Shown here: positions 8,950 to 18,226 of the stretch, in pieces
How the letters are laid out: each line of letters begins with the position of its first letter
How positions within the stretch are numbered: position 1 is the stretch's first letter
DNA from: Polyangiaceae bacterium
GTDB lineage: Bacteria > Myxococcota_A > Polyangia > Polyangiales > Polyangiaceae
NCBI GenBank assembly: GCA_965222375.1
Contig: CBDCTZ010000012.1
Location: forward strand, 192,001-256,000
Direction: 5' to 3'
Length of the DNA: 64,000 nt
The notes under the pieces: generated by a model
The model's database searches: none
Told to the model about the DNA's origin: nothing
The model's input: only the letters and a program-made list of their open reading frames with translations
Position numbers and translations under genes: made by a program

Positions 8950-9996
8950 ATGGGGTCTCGCAGGCTCGTTTTCGCCGTGTTGGCGCTCAGTCTCACGGGC
9001 TGTGCCAAGGCATGCGGGAAAAGCAAAGCAGCGCCAGATGCCAGTGCAAGCGAGAAGGCGGCGTCCGGGATCGAGATGTTGTCCCAAGGCAGCGAACCCC
9101 GGGTGGAGTTGGAGGTCGGACGCTGGGCGGGGCTGGTCTACGGCCTGACCCTGACGGGCGATGTGAGTATGGGGGTGGCAGGTCGCCCGCCAGTGAAGTC
9201 GCCCTCTTCGGTGACGAGTTTTGAATTCGAAGTGCTGCGAGGGACGGCGAACCCCATCGTGAAGAAACTTGGCGGGCGGAAGCGCCGCTATGTCGAGGAG
9301 CGGGGATCCATCACGAGTGCCAGGGCGGAGAGCAAGGAGATCCCCGCCGCGGCGCTGACCGGCATGAACGAGGCGCTGGCCAAACTCAATGGGTTGTCTA
9401 CCCGCCAGCTCATCGGCGAAGACGGTGAAATCGCGGAAGTGACCACAGAGGCTCTGGCGGGCAAGGAACTACCCGCGGAGGTCAAAGCGGTGCTCGACCA
9501 GTCTTTCGACGCCCAACGCCGCTTCCCCTTTCGTCTCCCGCCCAAAGCCGTGGGGGTGGGTGGCAAGTGGCGGTTTCGAGAATCCGTCGAACTCTCCGGC
9601 GTGACCATGTGGCAAATAGCGGAGATGCGCGTGACCCGCATCGCGGGTGATCGGGTCACGATCAGCCTACGGGTGCGGCACGAGGCGCCCCGTCAAGAGG
9701 TGCCCCATCCCCTGTTGCCGGGGCGTCGCGCGGATGTGGATCAATATAGAGGGGACGGCACTGGCTCCATCACCATCGACCGCATGACGGCGATAGTAAC
9801 CGCCGGTCGCCTCTCCACGACCGGAAGTCTGAAGCTGTCCTGGTACGAAGGCGATGAAAAGAAGTCGGCGACCTTTCTCGCCGCGACGCGGACTGAACTC
9901 GCGGGCCGAATCGGACGACTCCCGGAAGCCAGCGCTAGCGACGCAGCCGCCCAGGGCGCTGCTGTCGATGCGGCGACGGGTGCGGACGCACCGTGA
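8950..9996 (+). CDS. hypothetical lipoprotein
   Basis: MGSRRLVFAVLALSLTGC lipobox, beta-rich body; stop overlaps the next gene (GTGA). Confidence 0.7.
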   Translation: MGSRRLVFAVLALSLTGCAKACGKSKAAPDASASEKAASGIEMLSQGSEPRVELEVGRWAGLVYGLTLTGDVSMGVAGRPPVKSPSSVTSFEFEVLRGTANPIVKKLGGRKRRYVEERGSITSARAESKEIPAAALTGMNEALAKLNGLSTRQLIGEDGEIAEVTTEALAGKELPAEVKAVLDQSFDAQRRFPFRLPPKAVGVGGKWRFRESVELSGVTMWQIAEMRVTRIAGDRVTISLRVRHEAPRQEVPHPLLPGRRADVDQYRGDGTGSITIDRMTAIVTAGRLSTTGSLKLSWYEGDEKKSATFLAATRTELAGRIGRLPEASASDAAAQGAAVDAATGADAP

Positions 9997-12404
9997 CGAG
10001 CCCAGCGGATGCGCCCCGCCCCGGTGTCAATTTGGCTATCGGCTTGGGGCTGATTTCCGGCGCACTGATCGGTAGCGAACTCACGCTGACGCGCTTGCTA
10101 TCCGTGGTGCTCTGGTACCACTTCGCCTTCTTCGCGATCAGCGTGGCGTTGTTTGGCTTGGGGTTGTCCGCCCTGGTGGTGCACTACACGGACAAACGAC
10201 TCACGGACTTGCCGCGTGCCCTCGGCCTGGGTGCTCTAGCGACCGCGGCTGCTTTGGTGTGCGTGGACCTGGCGTTTATCAACGTCACGCCGGATTGGTT
10301 CGGGGGAGCCCTAGGCGTGTTCACGACGCTCACCTTAAAGCTGTTCCTACTCTTTGCGCTTGCGGCACTCCCCTTCTTTTTCGGCGGCTTCGTGGTGTCC
10401 CTGACGCTGACCCGATTCGCGACTCACGCCCCGAAGTTGTACTTCTGGGATCTGCTCGGCGCTGCGCTAGGGGCTTTGGGCACGCTGGTCATCTCTTCAC
10501 AGCTGCCCGCGCCCCAGGTGCTCTTGTTCTTCGCGACGATGGCATGCATCGCTGGGCTCTGCTTCGTGTTGCCAACGGGGAAGCGAGGCCTATCCGCCAG
10601 TCTGTTGGTAGCCGTCGCTGGGCTGGTCGCGTTGGGCACGGTGGGCTCGGATTGGCTCACGCTACGGGTTGCGAAGGGCATCGATCTGACCCGAGCGAAA
10701 CCGGAGCTTCAACGCTGGAACGCGTTTTCTCTGGTGACGGTGCTGCCCTCGGCGGACTTCAAGGGCTGGGGGCTGGCGCCGACCTACAAGGGCAGCGTCC
10801 CTCCGCAGAAAACTCTGGTCATCGACATGAACGCGATGACACCGCTACTGAGCTTTGACGGGGATTTCGAAAAAGTCGACTACGTCACTCACGATCTTTC
10901 GGCGTTCGTCTACCGAGTTTTCCCGAGCTCGGCGAGCGCATGCGTCATCGGGGCGGGGGGCGGCAAAGATGTACTAGCTGCTCTTTCCAGCGGATCCAAG
11001 CGGGTAACCGCGGTCGAGGTGAACCCGATCATCGCCAGCGAGATCATGCGCGGAAGCCACCGCGAGATGGTGGGCGATCTCTACGGGCGCAAGGACGTGA
11101 CTGCCGTCGTCGAGGATGGACGATCCTTCGTGCGCCGCACAGGCGACCGGTTCGATGTCGTGCACTTGTCCATGGTGGATACTAGCGCCGCGAGCGCTGC
11201 GGGCGCATATGCGCTGAGCGAAAACGCGCTGTACACCCAGGACGCGTTCAGAGACTTTTTTCATGCCTTGCGTCCGGGTGGCGTGCTGAGCGTCTCCAGC
11301 GTCAGCCTGCCGGACCTGTGGGTCGGGACCCGCTTGGCCGCCATCGCTCGGGCGGCCCTGGGCGGCGGACCGGTGGCGGACCGCGTCGTCGTCGTCGAGA
11401 CGCCTTGGCTCGGTGTACGCGAAGCTCGCTTGTACAACTTCATCATCGCGCCCTCTGGTTTCGATGCGTCGGCTCTCGCAGCCGTAGGATCCGAGGCCCA
11501 AGCGCTGGGCTTCGCCTTGGTCAGCGTTCCCGGTGAGCAGATTGTGGGCGGCCAGCCGGAACACGCGATGATCCGCCGGGTACTGGGTGAAGCCGATGCT
11601 GGCGCGCTGGAGAGTTTCTTCGCCAGCCTGCCGCTCAATACGACCGCTACCAGCGACGATCGTCCGTTCTTCTTCTACCAGAACCGACTCTCGGACCTGC
11701 CGATCGCTCTGATCGCGCCCACGCCACTGCACCTATTCGGCAATGGTCTCGTCTTGCTCGCCAAGGTGTTCGCACTCTCCGTGTTGTTCGCGCTGCTGCT
11801 AGCTTTGCTGCCGGCCTGGGTCGGGCGGAGTGGACCCGCGGGACGAGGGGCGGCCGCGGATTTGAGTTTCGCCGCCTGTCTGGGTATCGGCTTTCTTCTC
11901 GTCGAGTTGGGGCTGCTGCATCGCATCAGTCCCTACCTGGGAGAGCCAACCCTGTCCTTGAGCGTCGTCATCGTCGCGGTCCTGACCGGAGGCGCCGTTG
12001 GCAGCCGTTACCTCGCGGCGCGCTCCCCAATCTTCGTGCAGCGGGCAGTCATTGCCCTGATAGTCGTGATTGGCGTGGCGGCCTGGACACTGCCGTGGCT
12101 GATGGATGCGACTCGGGGTTGGGCGCCCCAGACCCGTGGCGGGGTCGCATCCGTGGTGGTGTTTTGCGTCGGTGTTCTCTTGGGCGTCCCCATGCCGGCA
12201 GCGCTGCGCGCGATCGGCGAGCGCGCCCCAGGGCGCACGGCCTGGTTCTGGGCCGTCAATGGCGGCACTAGCGTGCTCGGCACGGTCCTGGCCACTTTGA
12301 TTGCTCTGCACTACGGCGCGACGGCGACGGTCATTGCCGGCGGAGTCGTGTACGCGCTCGCGGCGGTCCTGGCGCCACGGGTGCTAGCGCGGTCGGCGGC
12401 CTGA
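9993..12404 (+). CDS. membrane-fused spermidine-synthase-like class I SAM-dependent transferase
   Basis: N- and C-terminal TM blocks flank a Rossmann domain (VIGAGGGKDV, AVEVNP, EDGRSF, ENALYT, DDRPFFF; WAVNG). Confidence 0.8.
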   Translation: MTSPADAPRPGVNLAIGLGLISGALIGSELTLTRLLSVVLWYHFAFFAISVALFGLGLSALVVHYTDKRLTDLPRALGLGALATAAALVCVDLAFINVTPDWFGGALGVFTTLTLKLFLLFALAALPFFFGGFVVSLTLTRFATHAPKLYFWDLLGAALGALGTLVISSQLPAPQVLLFFATMACIAGLCFVLPTGKRGLSASLLVAVAGLVALGTVGSDWLTLRVAKGIDLTRAKPELQRWNAFSLVTVLPSADFKGWGLAPTYKGSVPPQKTLVIDMNAMTPLLSFDGDFEKVDYVTHDLSAFVYRVFPSSASACVIGAGGGKDVLAALSSGSKRVTAVEVNPIIASEIMRGSHREMVGDLYGRKDVTAVVEDGRSFVRRTGDRFDVVHLSMVDTSAASAAGAYALSENALYTQDAFRDFFHALRPGGVLSVSSVSLPDLWVGTRLAAIARAALGGGPVADRVVVVETPWLGVREARLYNFIIAPSGFDASALAAVGSEAQALGFALVSVPGEQIVGGQPEHAMIRRVLGEADAGALESFFASLPLNTTATSDDRPFFFYQNRLSDLPIALIAPTPLHLFGNGLVLLAKVFALSVLFALLLALLPAWVGRSGPAGRGAAADLSFAACLGIGFLLVELGLLHRISPYLGEPTLSLSVVIVAVLTGGAVGSRYLAARSPIFVQRAVIALIVVIGVAAWTLPWLMDATRGWAPQTRGGVASVVVFCVGVLLGVPMPAALRAIGERAPGRTAWFWAVNGGTSVLGTVLATLIALHYGATATVIAGGVVYALAAVLAPRVLARSAA

Positions 12405-14168
12405 TCAGTGCAAGCCTGGAATACGCACCTCGGCGCCGACGGGCGGAACCGAGAAAGGACGCAGGCGACCCGACTCCAATACCAGCAGTAGCAAGCCTGG
12501 GTCGTCCAAGGGGCGGAGGAAGTCGACGCGAACGCGTTTGACGCCGAAGATCGTTTTCTCGGTGACGGAGACGCGCACGTCCCCAGTGGTCACCGGCAGG
12601 TTCGGAAATGGAGTTTCGATCCCTCGAAATAGACGGGATGCGGGATCCGTCAACATGCCGTTTTCGCCAGCGATGAGCTCCAAGGTCTGTTGCTCGGGTC
12701 GGCGCACCGTGACCGGCTCCGGCGAGATCGTCAACACCGCGAAAGTTGGCTGCTCGGATTGCTTGCGCATCCAGGGCAGGTAGATCGCCGTTGGCTGGGC
12801 GGCGTTCAACAAGACCCAGCTCGAAGCGTTGTCACGTAGCTTGGCGCTCTGCACCATGCCTGCAATTCGCGTATGCAGCACGGACCATTCGCTCGCGGCA
12901 GTGCGGCTATGCGCGAGGGCGAAAGGAACGTGCAGCGTGAAAACGGCAGCGCCGAAAAGCACGGCCGGAATGCGGAGCCATGGTGTCTTGCGGGGCGAGA
13001 ACGCGAGCGAGGCGATTACAGTGGCCAACAAGCCGGCTCCGGCCACACTGGGTACGACGAGCAAGCGCGATGAAGGCAGAGTTGCCACAAGAGGTAACAA
13101 GGAGCCGAGCAAGCCCAGGGCAAAAGTCGTCGCCACACGCCTGGCCTCTGGCTGCCCTCTCAGGGCGAGGGCGGCGAGAAGCAAGAACGCCGCACACAAG
13201 ATCACAACAATCAACAATGACGGGCCGAAGTTCAGAACCAGTGCGCCGTGCACGATCTCGCTAGGCAGGAGGAAGAGCTCGCTGGCCAACAGCGCAGGCA
13301 GGCGCAACATGATGGCAAGGATATATTTGAGCGGTGAAGAGACTGGATCCACGTAGACGCTGGAGCCAACGGCGCCGTAGCCAAGTAACTTGTGCAAGGA
13401 GAAGTAGGCGAGGGCTGGCATGAGCCAGGGCAGCAGGTTGCGTGCCCGCTGCCGCAAGTGGGTGCCACGTGCCATCAGTTCGAATCCCACCACCAGCCCG
13501 GTCACTGAAAGAGCGTATTCGCCTGCCGCCAAAGACAGTGCGACAAGCGCAGGCACGGCGATTGCGCTCGTGGTGGAGCGCTGCTCCCGGTGGCGTAGAT
13601 GGATGCTCAGCGCGCATAGCCCCAAGGTGGCGCTAATCAGCGCGGTTCGATTGGCCAGCCAAGCCGTCGGCCACACATGGGCTGGGTCCACGGCGAGCAT
13701 GAGCGTGGCGAGGGCTGCGGCTCTTCGCTCCAACACCCGACAGAAGAACACGTGCGCGGCGATCAGAAAGGCAGCTAGCCAGAGCAAGGAGTGCAGGTGG
13801 CGCGACCAGGGCGAGAGCTTCAACACGTTCACATCGAGCCATAGCGTCAGACTGGAGAGCGGGCGTAGTGCGCTCAGCCGCAAATCCGAGTGTGACCACC
13901 AAGGCAGCACACCGTGTTTCATCAGTGGCGCGACGTCCTGGCCGCCTTGGGAAAACGCGTAGAGGTCCCACACCCCTCGCTCGACAGGGTAGCTGCCGTC
14001 CAGCATCGCGACCTGCAGGTGGTCGTCCGCGACCAGGCCGGATTGAAGGGAGGGCGCGTGTAGGATCGCCGCGGTCAAGATGGCGACTAGGATGGCGGCC
14101 AGAGGCAGAAAGCCAGCCTTCCGCCTACTCCGATGATCGGGCGCTTCAGACACGAAGGCCGGCAGCAT
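12405..14168 (-). CDS. GT-C-fold (TMTC-like) multi-pass membrane protein, putative glycosyltransferase
   Basis: ADD after TM1, LPW, RPLSSL, HLHSLLW, WLANR, GE motifs; many TM segments. Start uncertain. Confidence 0.6.
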   Translation of the reverse strand: MLPAFVSEAPDHRSRRKAGFLPLAAILVAILTAAILHAPSLQSGLVADDHLQVAMLDGSYPVERGVWDLYAFSQGGQDVAPLMKHGVLPWWSHSDLRLSALRPLSSLTLWLDVNVLKLSPWSRHLHSLLWLAAFLIAAHVFFCRVLERRAAALATLMLAVDPAHVWPTAWLANRTALISATLGLCALSIHLRHREQRSTTSAIAVPALVALSLAAGEYALSVTGLVVGFELMARGTHLRQRARNLLPWLMPALAYFSLHKLLGYGAVGSSVYVDPVSSPLKYILAIMLRLPALLASELFLLPSEIVHGALVLNFGPSLLIVVILCAAFLLLAALALRGQPEARRVATTFALGLLGSLLPLVATLPSSRLLVVPSVAGAGLLATVIASLAFSPRKTPWLRIPAVLFGAAVFTLHVPFALAHSRTAASEWSVLHTRIAGMVQSAKLRDNASSWVLLNAAQPTAIYLPWMRKQSEQPTFAVLTISPEPVTVRRPEQQTLELIAGENGMLTDPASRLFRGIETPFPNLPVTTGDVRVSVTEKTIFGVKRVRVDFLRPLDDPGLLLLVLESGRLRPFSVPPVGAEVRIPGLH

Positions 14169-14205
14169 CGTCGATTTTTCCAGGGGCGCAAGGTATACGC
14201 CCTGA

Positions 14206-16125
14206 GTGGCGGAAAGCGCCGACGCTCAGCGTGATGGGGAGGGAGCGCCCAGTAGGGGGTTCGTGATCTCCTTGGTGGCGCTGATCTGTGTTCATCTCGC
14301 CCTGCTGCTGCACTTTGCGCAGCCAAGCGTGATGCTGTCGCGGCAGCCCGTGGTCACGGTGGACTACGCTCTCCACGTCTACCAGATCGACCGCGCCCGC
14401 ACCTCTTTTGCTGAGCACGGCAAGCTGTGGTCCTACGACCCGCTCGTCTTGGCTGGGCAGCCCGCGGGGGTCGTGGAGGACCTGACCAGCAAGGGCACCG
14501 AACTCTTCGTCATCGCTCTCGAGAACCTGGGAGTGCCCTGGGGCCTCGGCTTCAACCTGTTCATCCTCTTGGTGCATCTACTGATGCCCTTATCCGCGTG
14601 GTTGGTGGGCGCACTGCTGCGCCTGAGTCGGTTCCAAACCCTGATGGTGCATGGGCTGTGGCTCTGGTTGTGGTTCTTCGATTCTTTCATGCACTGGTCC
14701 TGGTGGATCGGCATGATCACTTGGTCTTTCGCCAGCTATAGCATCGTGGTCTTCGCTGCCTTGCTCTGGCGCGCGCTCCAGGAGCAGCGGCTCAAGCACC
14801 TGCTCTGGCTTTGTGTGCTCACGCCCACTCTGGCCATAGCGCATCCCTTTGCGGGCATCACTCTGTTGCCCGTTAGTGTTGGGCTCGTTTTGCTGCATCG
14901 GCGCTGTCTGAGTCCCAAGTCCTTTGGGCTGCTGCTTGCTGCCGCGCTGCTCGGTGCTGCCACCGCTCTGGTTTGGGCCCCAGTTACCTCGCGTTTTTCC
15001 CACTACGTGGGCGACGTCGATACCTTCTTCAACGCCACGCTGTCCTTCTTGCTCTACGACAGCTTCGACCTTCTCAAAGATGGTCGCCAGACCGGCGGCC
15101 CAATGCGCGCCGCGGTACGCACCTTGTGTTTTGTTGCCGCGCTCGTGGCGCTGATTGGCTGGAGGCGCAAGAAAGATCCGCGTTTCTACCCCTTCGCGCT
15201 GCTCATCGGTTCGGCGTTGGTGCTTGCCTACGGCTCGGCGTACTTCTGGACCGGCCGGCAGACGCAGCCGTACCGGCACATCGGTCCTGGGATGATGGCC
15301 GCAGCGGTGCCGGCTGGGGTGTTGTTGTGGCGAGTGTTTTCTCCGCGGGCGCTGCGTGGCTATCCCGCTGCGGCCCGAATCGGGTTGCTCTTGGTGGCAG
15401 TGCTCGCGCTGCCGCGCCTGGTGCGCACGGTGCTGCACTACGTCCCCGCGTTGCTGCCGAAGCAAGTGGAGCGCAGCAATTTAGACTTGCTGAGTTCTCC
15501 GCTGGTTGGTCTCAACGAGCCGAAACCCGTAGTGATGCGGCATCACGGCGCCTTGCCGGAGCAGCGCGCCGTGCGGGATTGGTTGGTCGAAAACCACCAG
15601 GGGCGTGGGCGCGTCGTGACGAATGATTGGGTGCTGGGCGAGTACCTGGTTGTCGCAGCCAACGTGCCGGTGCTCGGGGGTATCACCGAGCGTAACGTGC
15701 CCCACGTGGACGCCCACCTCTTCCGGCGGGAGGAGGAAGGCAACATTGGCGCGGCCGCAATGCGAGACTACTTCCGCGACTATGCGGTGGGGTTCGTGAT
15801 CTTGGGTGGCGACCACGGCCCCGTCGACGCGCGACGCGACCTGCTCGAACCGGTCAAGAACGTTCGGGGCTATCGCGTCTACCGCACCCGGGAGCAGCCC
15901 AGCTACTTTGCGACCGGGGCGGGCCAGGTGCGAGAGCAGCGCGTGAACCACATCGGGTTGGACGGCGTGAGCGGCTCGAGCGTCGTGCTCCGCTTCCACT
16001 ATATGGAGACCCTGCGCTGTCGACCCAATTGCGAGCTCAAGCGCGAAGAAGTGCCCGGCGATCGCGTGGGCTTCATTCGCGTGGACGGCCCGCCACCGGA
16101 ATTCGAAATCTACAACGCCTACTGA
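14206..16125 (+). CDS. multi-pass membrane protein, GT-C/YfhO-like
   Basis: DYALH and WSYDPLVLAGQP after TM1, about 10+ TM segments, then a soluble C-terminal domain. Confidence 0.55.
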   Translation: MAESADAQRDGEGAPSRGFVISLVALICVHLALLLHFAQPSVMLSRQPVVTVDYALHVYQIDRARTSFAEHGKLWSYDPLVLAGQPAGVVEDLTSKGTELFVIALENLGVPWGLGFNLFILLVHLLMPLSAWLVGALLRLSRFQTLMVHGLWLWLWFFDSFMHWSWWIGMITWSFASYSIVVFAALLWRALQEQRLKHLLWLCVLTPTLAIAHPFAGITLLPVSVGLVLLHRRCLSPKSFGLLLAAALLGAATALVWAPVTSRFSHYVGDVDTFFNATLSFLLYDSFDLLKDGRQTGGPMRAAVRTLCFVAALVALIGWRRKKDPRFYPFALLIGSALVLAYGSAYFWTGRQTQPYRHIGPGMMAAAVPAGVLLWRVFSPRALRGYPAAARIGLLLVAVLALPRLVRTVLHYVPALLPKQVERSNLDLLSSPLVGLNEPKPVVMRHHGALPEQRAVRDWLVENHQGRGRVVTNDWVLGEYLVVAANVPVLGGITERNVPHVDAHLFRREEEGNIGAAAMRDYFRDYAVGFVILGGDHGPVDARRDLLEPVKNVRGYRVYRTREQPSYFATGAGQVREQRVNHIGLDGVSGSSVVLRFHYMETLRCRPNCELKREEVPGDRVGFIRVDGPPPEFEIYNAY

Positions 16126-17273
16126 GCTGCAGATCGGGTCGAAACCCGTTTTGCCACTTCCAACAAGCCGCCCCGGTAGCCCCAGCCCAGGATATCCTGG
16201 GTCAGCCGGTGGCGGTCGGCCCCATAGGCGATGACCTGATCCATCGTGACTTGCAGGAGCCGTCGCGACGCCGCAGGTGCTGCAACTCTGCGCGACAGTT
16301 CGGCTCGGTAGCGCAGCGCGTCTGCGCTGGAGAGGCCGCCCCGCTCGCAGGCCCGTGCGGCGTGCTCTCCCGCCAGCACGCCCGAACAGAGCGCGTGCCA
16401 GATCCCTTCCCCGGTGAAGGGATCCACCAGGCACGCCGCGTCACCAGCGCAAAGCAGGCGCGGCCCCGACGGCGGTAGCCCGAAATGTGCAATGGGCAAC
16501 GGCCACGTGCGCGCATGACCGACCACTTCCGCGTCGGCGAACCGCTCAGGGTGGGCGTTCAGAAACTCCGTCATGAGCCCGGAGATATGGCGACCGCACT
16601 GCTTGTAGCAATCCGCGCGCTGGTAGACTCCCACGTTGCTGATGCCGTTCACGGCCGGAAAGCTCCAGCCGTAGCCCCCAGGCAAGAAGCGCTCGAAATA
16701 GTGCTCGCTGGTCGAAGCTGCGCCCTTTGAATCAACGCCGCGCATATACAAGGTGCGTGCGACGGCCAGCGCTTTCGCCTTGGTAGGGTGATAGCCCAGC
16801 GTTTGCCAGGCGACCGAATTCGGCCCATCCGCGGCAATCACGACCCGCGCGCTGAGGGTCCCCGCTGAAGTGTGGGCATGGGCGGTATTGGCAGCGATCT
16901 CGATCGCGGTGACGGCATTGCCCTCTCGAAGCGCTGCGCCGGATCGGACCAGGGCTTGCTTCAAAGCGTTGTCCAAGTCGAGACGGGGCACGATCAGCCC
17001 GACGTCGGAGTAGTCACGCTGGATGCGGGCGCCGTCGGGGAGAATCGCTGCGGCCGTCGTCACCCGCGCGTGGGGGCCCGCAAGGATTGCCTCGAGCGCG
17101 CCCAACTGGCGGCAGAGTTCGACGCCGCGATTGGAGACGGCGTCGCCACAGGTCTTGTTCCTGGGAAAGCGAGCGCGATCGACGACGAGCACCTCGGCGC
17201 CCGTGCGTCGTGCCGTGATACCGGCTGCAGCACCTGCCGGACCGGCTCCGATGACCAAGACGTCCGTGTCCAT
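16119..17273 (-). CDS. geranylgeranyl reductase family FAD-dependent oxidoreductase
   Basis: GAGPAG, FPRNKTCGD, RxxLD, ADG, GYGWSFP, GDAA.LVDPFTGEGI motifs. Confidence 0.88.
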   Translation of the reverse strand: MDTDVLVIGAGPAGAAAGITARRTGAEVLVVDRARFPRNKTCGDAVSNRGVELCRQLGALEAILAGPHARVTTAAAILPDGARIQRDYSDVGLIVPRLDLDNALKQALVRSGAALREGNAVTAIEIAANTAHAHTSAGTLSARVVIAADGPNSVAWQTLGYHPTKAKALAVARTLYMRGVDSKGAASTSEHYFERFLPGGYGWSFPAVNGISNVGVYQRADCYKQCGRHISGLMTEFLNAHPERFADAEVVGHARTWPLPIAHFGLPPSGPRLLCAGDAACLVDPFTGEGIWHALCSGVLAGEHAARACERGGLSSADALRYRAELSRRVAAPAASRRLLQVTMDQVIAYGADRHRLTQDILGWGYRGGLLEVAKRVSTRSAAQ

Positions 17274-17410
17274 CCTGCTTTTTCGCTCCAGCCGCTTGCA
17301 CAGAAGCTAGCAAGCAGACGTGACCGCGTCTTCTTTATCGTTGAAAACCGCGAGCTACCCCGAAATGATGCCCCGGTGACCACCCCGCCCGTGAGCTGCC
17401 AGGAGCTTCG

Positions 17411-18226
17411 TTGTTAGCGGGAGCGCGCATTCTTTGGGAGGTCCTTCTATACCGCCTTCGGCGGCTGGAAATGGCCAATCTGTTTGCGGCTGCATCGCTG
17501 GTGGTCGCACTTCGCCTCCCGCTCGCAGAGGCCGGGATCCGAGTCTTGTTCGCGCTGCTCTTGAACGTGCTCGCCTACACGACCAACGACTATTACGACG
17601 CGGAACGCGACTTGGCGGAGGGACGCGCGCCCGACAAGACTCAGTTCTTGTTGGACCATCGACGCGCCGCCTTCGGCGCGCAGTGGTTTCTCGCAGCCTG
17701 CCTCGGCGCGATTGCCGTCCTGTTCGACCCCGGGCTGCTCGTCGCCGCCGTGCTCGGAGCTGGAACCTGCTGGGCGTATTCCGCATCCTTCAAGGCACGG
17801 CCTGTGCTCGACGTGGTGTCCATGACCGTGTGGGGCGCTGCGATGCCCCTGGCCGCCGTGCCCTTGGATAGTGGGCCCGGGCTGATCCTACTGGGTCAGC
17901 TGGCATTGTTTTCTACCTGCTTCGAATTGCTTCAGGTGCTCCGGGATCGCGAAACGGACGCAGCCGCTGGCACCCGCACCACCGCGGTGCTGCTGGGTGC
18001 ATCGGGTACCGAGCGCATGTTCCGCAGCGCCGCCCTGCTGAGCGCCATCTACGGTCTTGTATTCGTGCACAGCACCTTCGCGCTGCTGCTTCTGCTAGGT
18101 GCGGCGGTTCCCATCCGCAGCAACCCCGAGCGCGGTTGGAACCTGGTGCGCCTGGTCTTCGGGCTTGCCTGGCTAGCGTTCGTGTCGACCCTGTGGCTCA
18201 CGGGTCGGACAGCGGGCGTACTGTGA
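17411..18226 (+). CDS. UbiA family prenyltransferase
   Basis: Asp-rich motifs NDYYDAERD and QVLRDRETD..G..T, YS..FK, multiple TM segments. Start is TTG 17411 or ATG 17471. Confidence 0.85.
   Translation: MLAGARILWEVLLYRLRRLEMANLFAAASLVVALRLPLAEAGIRVLFALLLNVLAYTTNDYYDAERDLAEGRAPDKTQFLLDHRRAAFGAQWFLAACLGAIAVLFDPGLLVAAVLGAGTCWAYSASFKARPVLDVVSMTVWGAAMPLAAVPLDSGPGLILLGQLALFSTCFELLQVLRDRETDAAAGTRTTAVLLGASGTERMFRSAALLSAIYGLVFVHSTFALLLLLGAAVPIRSNPERGWNLVRLVFGLAWLAFVSTLWLTGRTAGVL

Noticed and set aside
16119..18226. Firm call of archaeal-type ether lipid synthesis
   Set aside because: No GGGP synthase or G1P dehydrogenase in the window, and the UbiA subfamily cannot be assigned by eye; kept only as one hypothesis.
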